A stretch of 61,866 nucleotides of DNA, filler included, from Candidatus Woesearchaeota archaeon (GTDB lineage Archaea > Nanobdellota > Nanobdellia > Woesearchaeales > GCA-2687795): assembly GCA_030753365.1 (NCBI GenBank). It is 5 parts of 5 records of this genome, joined end to end, with 100 filler letters (N's around TTAATTAATTAA, not from the genome) between each part and the next. Parts side by side here need not be neighbours in the genome. Positions count along the whole stretch, not along the records: positions 59,475 to 61,866 come from JASMCJ010000055.1; 4 more parts are not named here. One strand, 5' to 3'. This document shows, piece by piece, positions 59,785-61,866 of the stretch. The notes under the pieces were generated by a model that was given only the letters and a program-made list of their open reading frames with translations, ran no database searches and was not told the origin of the DNA. Made by a program: the position numbers and the translations under genes. Positions within the stretch are counted from its first letter, which is position 1. Every line of letters begins with the position of its first letter.

Positions 59785-60402
59785 ATGGCCGCAGAAATAA
59801 AACATGCTGACACAGACAGGATATATATCAAAGCTGCAAACTTTACAATAAAGCATAGGGATTACTTCAGTCTTCCCAATCTTTACAGGTTGATGTACTT
59901 TTGGCTCGTTGATGAAGGCTTTGTAAGCAAATCAGGTTCAGCCTTCCCTGAAACATTCTATTTAAACAGGGAAAACCAAAAAAAAGGGGGGGAAGTAATA
60001 GTCTGGTGGAGAATAAAAAAGGATGTTGACAAATATTATAGGTATATTCTAAACTTAAACCTCACAGTACTAATGCTAAGAACTGAGCAGGTAATGCATC
60101 AGGGGCAGAAATTCAAGTCAAACTGGGGTGAAGTAACAATCCAGCTTGACTCCAAGCTTGAGCTGGACTATCAGTATGAAAGCGGCAATGGCTGGAGAAA
60201 CCATCCCATATTAAAGAACTTTAACACCTTATTTGCTAAAAGAATCATTAAAAGAGACATAGAATTCGCCAAACTAGACCTCTACAGATACTCCTACAGG
60301 TTCCAGGATGCAATCAAAGGCTACATTCAAAAGCCATCATACCTCCCAGAGAAAGAAGACAGAATGCTCTGGCCTGAAGCAGGCTTAGGAGAAACTAAGT
60401 GA
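59785..60402 (+). CDS. Hypothetical protein
   Basis: 205-aa ORF, no recognised motif. Confidence 0.7.
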   Translation: MAAEIKHADTDRIYIKAANFTIKHRDYFSLPNLYRLMYFWLVDEGFVSKSGSAFPETFYLNRENQKKGGEVIVWWRIKKDVDKYYRYILNLNLTVLMLRTEQVMHQGQKFKSNWGEVTIQLDSKLELDYQYESGNGWRNHPILKNFNTLFAKRIIKRDIEFAKLDLYRYSYRFQDAIKGYIQKPSYLPEKEDRMLWPEAGLGETK

Positions 60403-60546
60403 TTTCTTAGAAAAAGTATCTCACAGCCAATAATACCTCTAGCACTATTGATATAGTTCTTCAAGTGCAACTCCAGTGTTAGGGGAGGGACACGCGAGAA
60501 GTTGTGCGATAGTGGGGAGGAAATAAATGCAAATACCTATTTACAT

Positions 60547-61269
60547 TTATCCTACATAACTCAGCTTCTTCTTATCCTGCAAACCTTTAGACTCCTTGCT
60601 TTTGGATAAAATGCCCTTAATCTTGCTCTCGAACACTTCAGCCTGCTTAAGCAGTGGCTTAGAATCAACCTTCAATCCAAGATATTTATCCAAAGCCTCA
60701 ATCACTCTTGCTGCAGCCTTACTATCAGGCAGCTCAGAATGCGTCTCAGCGAAAATGCATGAAATAGGCATATTACCCATGCTCACAAGCACTGTGCCTG
60801 TAACACCCATAATTATGCCCTCCTTTAAAGGCTCTATCCCTATCTTAGAAAATTTCTTAATATTCTTCTGAGCATTTGCATAATAAAACGTTCTTGGATC
60901 CTTTGTTCCAACATTAACACTTCCCACTCCTTCAATGCTAATAATTTCTTTAGCCTTCAGCATCTTAGCAAGCTGTGCCAAAGCCTTTGAAATCTTCCAT
61001 TCAATGCCTGTAACAGGGCTTATAACATGTAAAATGATAAGATTATACTTCTTGCTATAAAATATGCCCATTGGCTCAACAACCTTTGAATCATGTATAG
61101 CCACCATTGGCGGCAGTTCATCCATCATAATCTTTCCAATCTGCTCAGTCTTCAGATGATCTATCAAGAACTCAGTAGTAATAGTACCAATCAATCCAAA
61201 TCCTGGAAAACCTTCAATAATCGTTGGACTCTTAGGTTTCTTCTTAAGTATAACTTCCATTAAAAACAC
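60547..61269 (-). CDS. PAC2 family proteasome assembly chaperone
   Basis: IEGFPGFGLIG, G.IMGVTG, PDSKAAA. Confidence 0.88.
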   Translation of the reverse strand: MFLMEVILKKKPKSPTIIEGFPGFGLIGTITTEFLIDHLKTEQIGKIMMDELPPMVAIHDSKVVEPMGIFYSKKYNLIILHVISPVTGIEWKISKALAQLAKMLKAKEIISIEGVGSVNVGTKDPRTFYYANAQKNIKKFSKIGIEPLKEGIIMGVTGTVLVSMGNMPISCIFAETHSELPDSKAAARVIEALDKYLGLKVDSKPLLKQAEVFESKIKGILSKSKESKGLQDKKKLSYVG

Positions 61270-61392
61270 CTCATAAGTTTTTTAAAATCATTATTAAAAA
61301 AATATAAACCTTAATTCTATTTAAACTTAATGTTTTAACAATGTTTAGGTTTACAAAGATTTTTAAATAAAAACCTTCTAACCACTAACCTA

Positions 61393-61866
61393 ATGGTAGA
61401 CTATCAAAAACTCAGCTTCAAATGCGGCCTTGAAATCCATCAGCAATTATCAGGCAAAAAGCTCTTCTGCGACTGTCCAACAATCAACAGCGATGAAAAG
61501 TCTGACATAAAAATAGAAAGAAAGCTAAGGGCAGTAGCCGGTGAAACCGGTGAAATAGACATAGCTGCAAAGCATGAAACCCAAAAAGGCAAGAAATTCA
61601 TCTACGTCTCAAACTCTGAAGACACCTGCTTAGTAGAATACGATGAAAGCCCCCCACTGCCAATGAACAATGAAGCATTAGAAACAGCATTGCAAATATC
61701 TTTATTATTAAACGCCCAAATCACCAATGAAATCCAGATAATGAGAAAAACAGTAGTAGACGGCTCAAACACCTCAGGCTTTCAAAGAACTTCTTTAGTA
61801 GCAACAAACGGTTACATAGAAACATCAAAAGGAAAAGTAAACATTCCAATCATCTGCCTTGAAGAA
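61393..61866 (+). CDS. gatE: Glu-tRNA(Gln) amidotransferase subunit E (partial, runs off the window)
   Basis: Own translation: MVDYQKLSFKCGLEIHQQL..KLFC.CP, LRAVAGETGEID.AA, MRKTVVDGSNTSGFQRT. Confidence 0.93.
   Translation, partial: MVDYQKLSFKCGLEIHQQLSGKKLFCDCPTINSDEKSDIKIERKLRAVAGETGEIDIAAKHETQKGKKFIYVSNSEDTCLVEYDESPPLPMNNEALETALQISLLLNAQITNEIQIMRKTVVDGSNTSGFQRTSLVATNGYIETSKGKVNIPIICLEE

Overview
AT-rich archaeal sequence, most consistent with a DPANN (Woesearchaeota-like) genome bin. Markers include a fused PriS-PriL primase, Bud32, rps8e, rpoH/rpoB, prefoldin alpha, AglB, GatE and a short AlaRS. The window joins five contig pieces with artificial N-TTAATTAATTAA-N linkers (13199-13298, 29666-29765, 45326-45425, 59375-59474), so adjacency across them is meaningless. 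Most content is housekeeping and transport genes; I see no rRNA or CRISPR array. Four things stand out. (1) An APC-family amino-acid transporter has an N-terminal voltage-sensor domain and a C-terminal SAM-methyltransferase-like domain, and lies divergent from a K+ channel gene lacking an S4 sensor. (2) Three tRNA genes carry multiple introns, including a tRNA-Tyr apparently with four introns, one inside the anticodon. (3) A 2.65-kb IS200/IS605 element with definable ends has no tnpB but carries two CoA-activase-type passenger genes, inserted at the start codon of a tRNA-adjacent LAGLIDADG gene. (4) FtsY has an inserted HD hydrolase domain. There are also several structured intergenic elements, shared operator-like motifs and frameshifted genes. 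All calls come from motif recognition by eye; no database searches were run.
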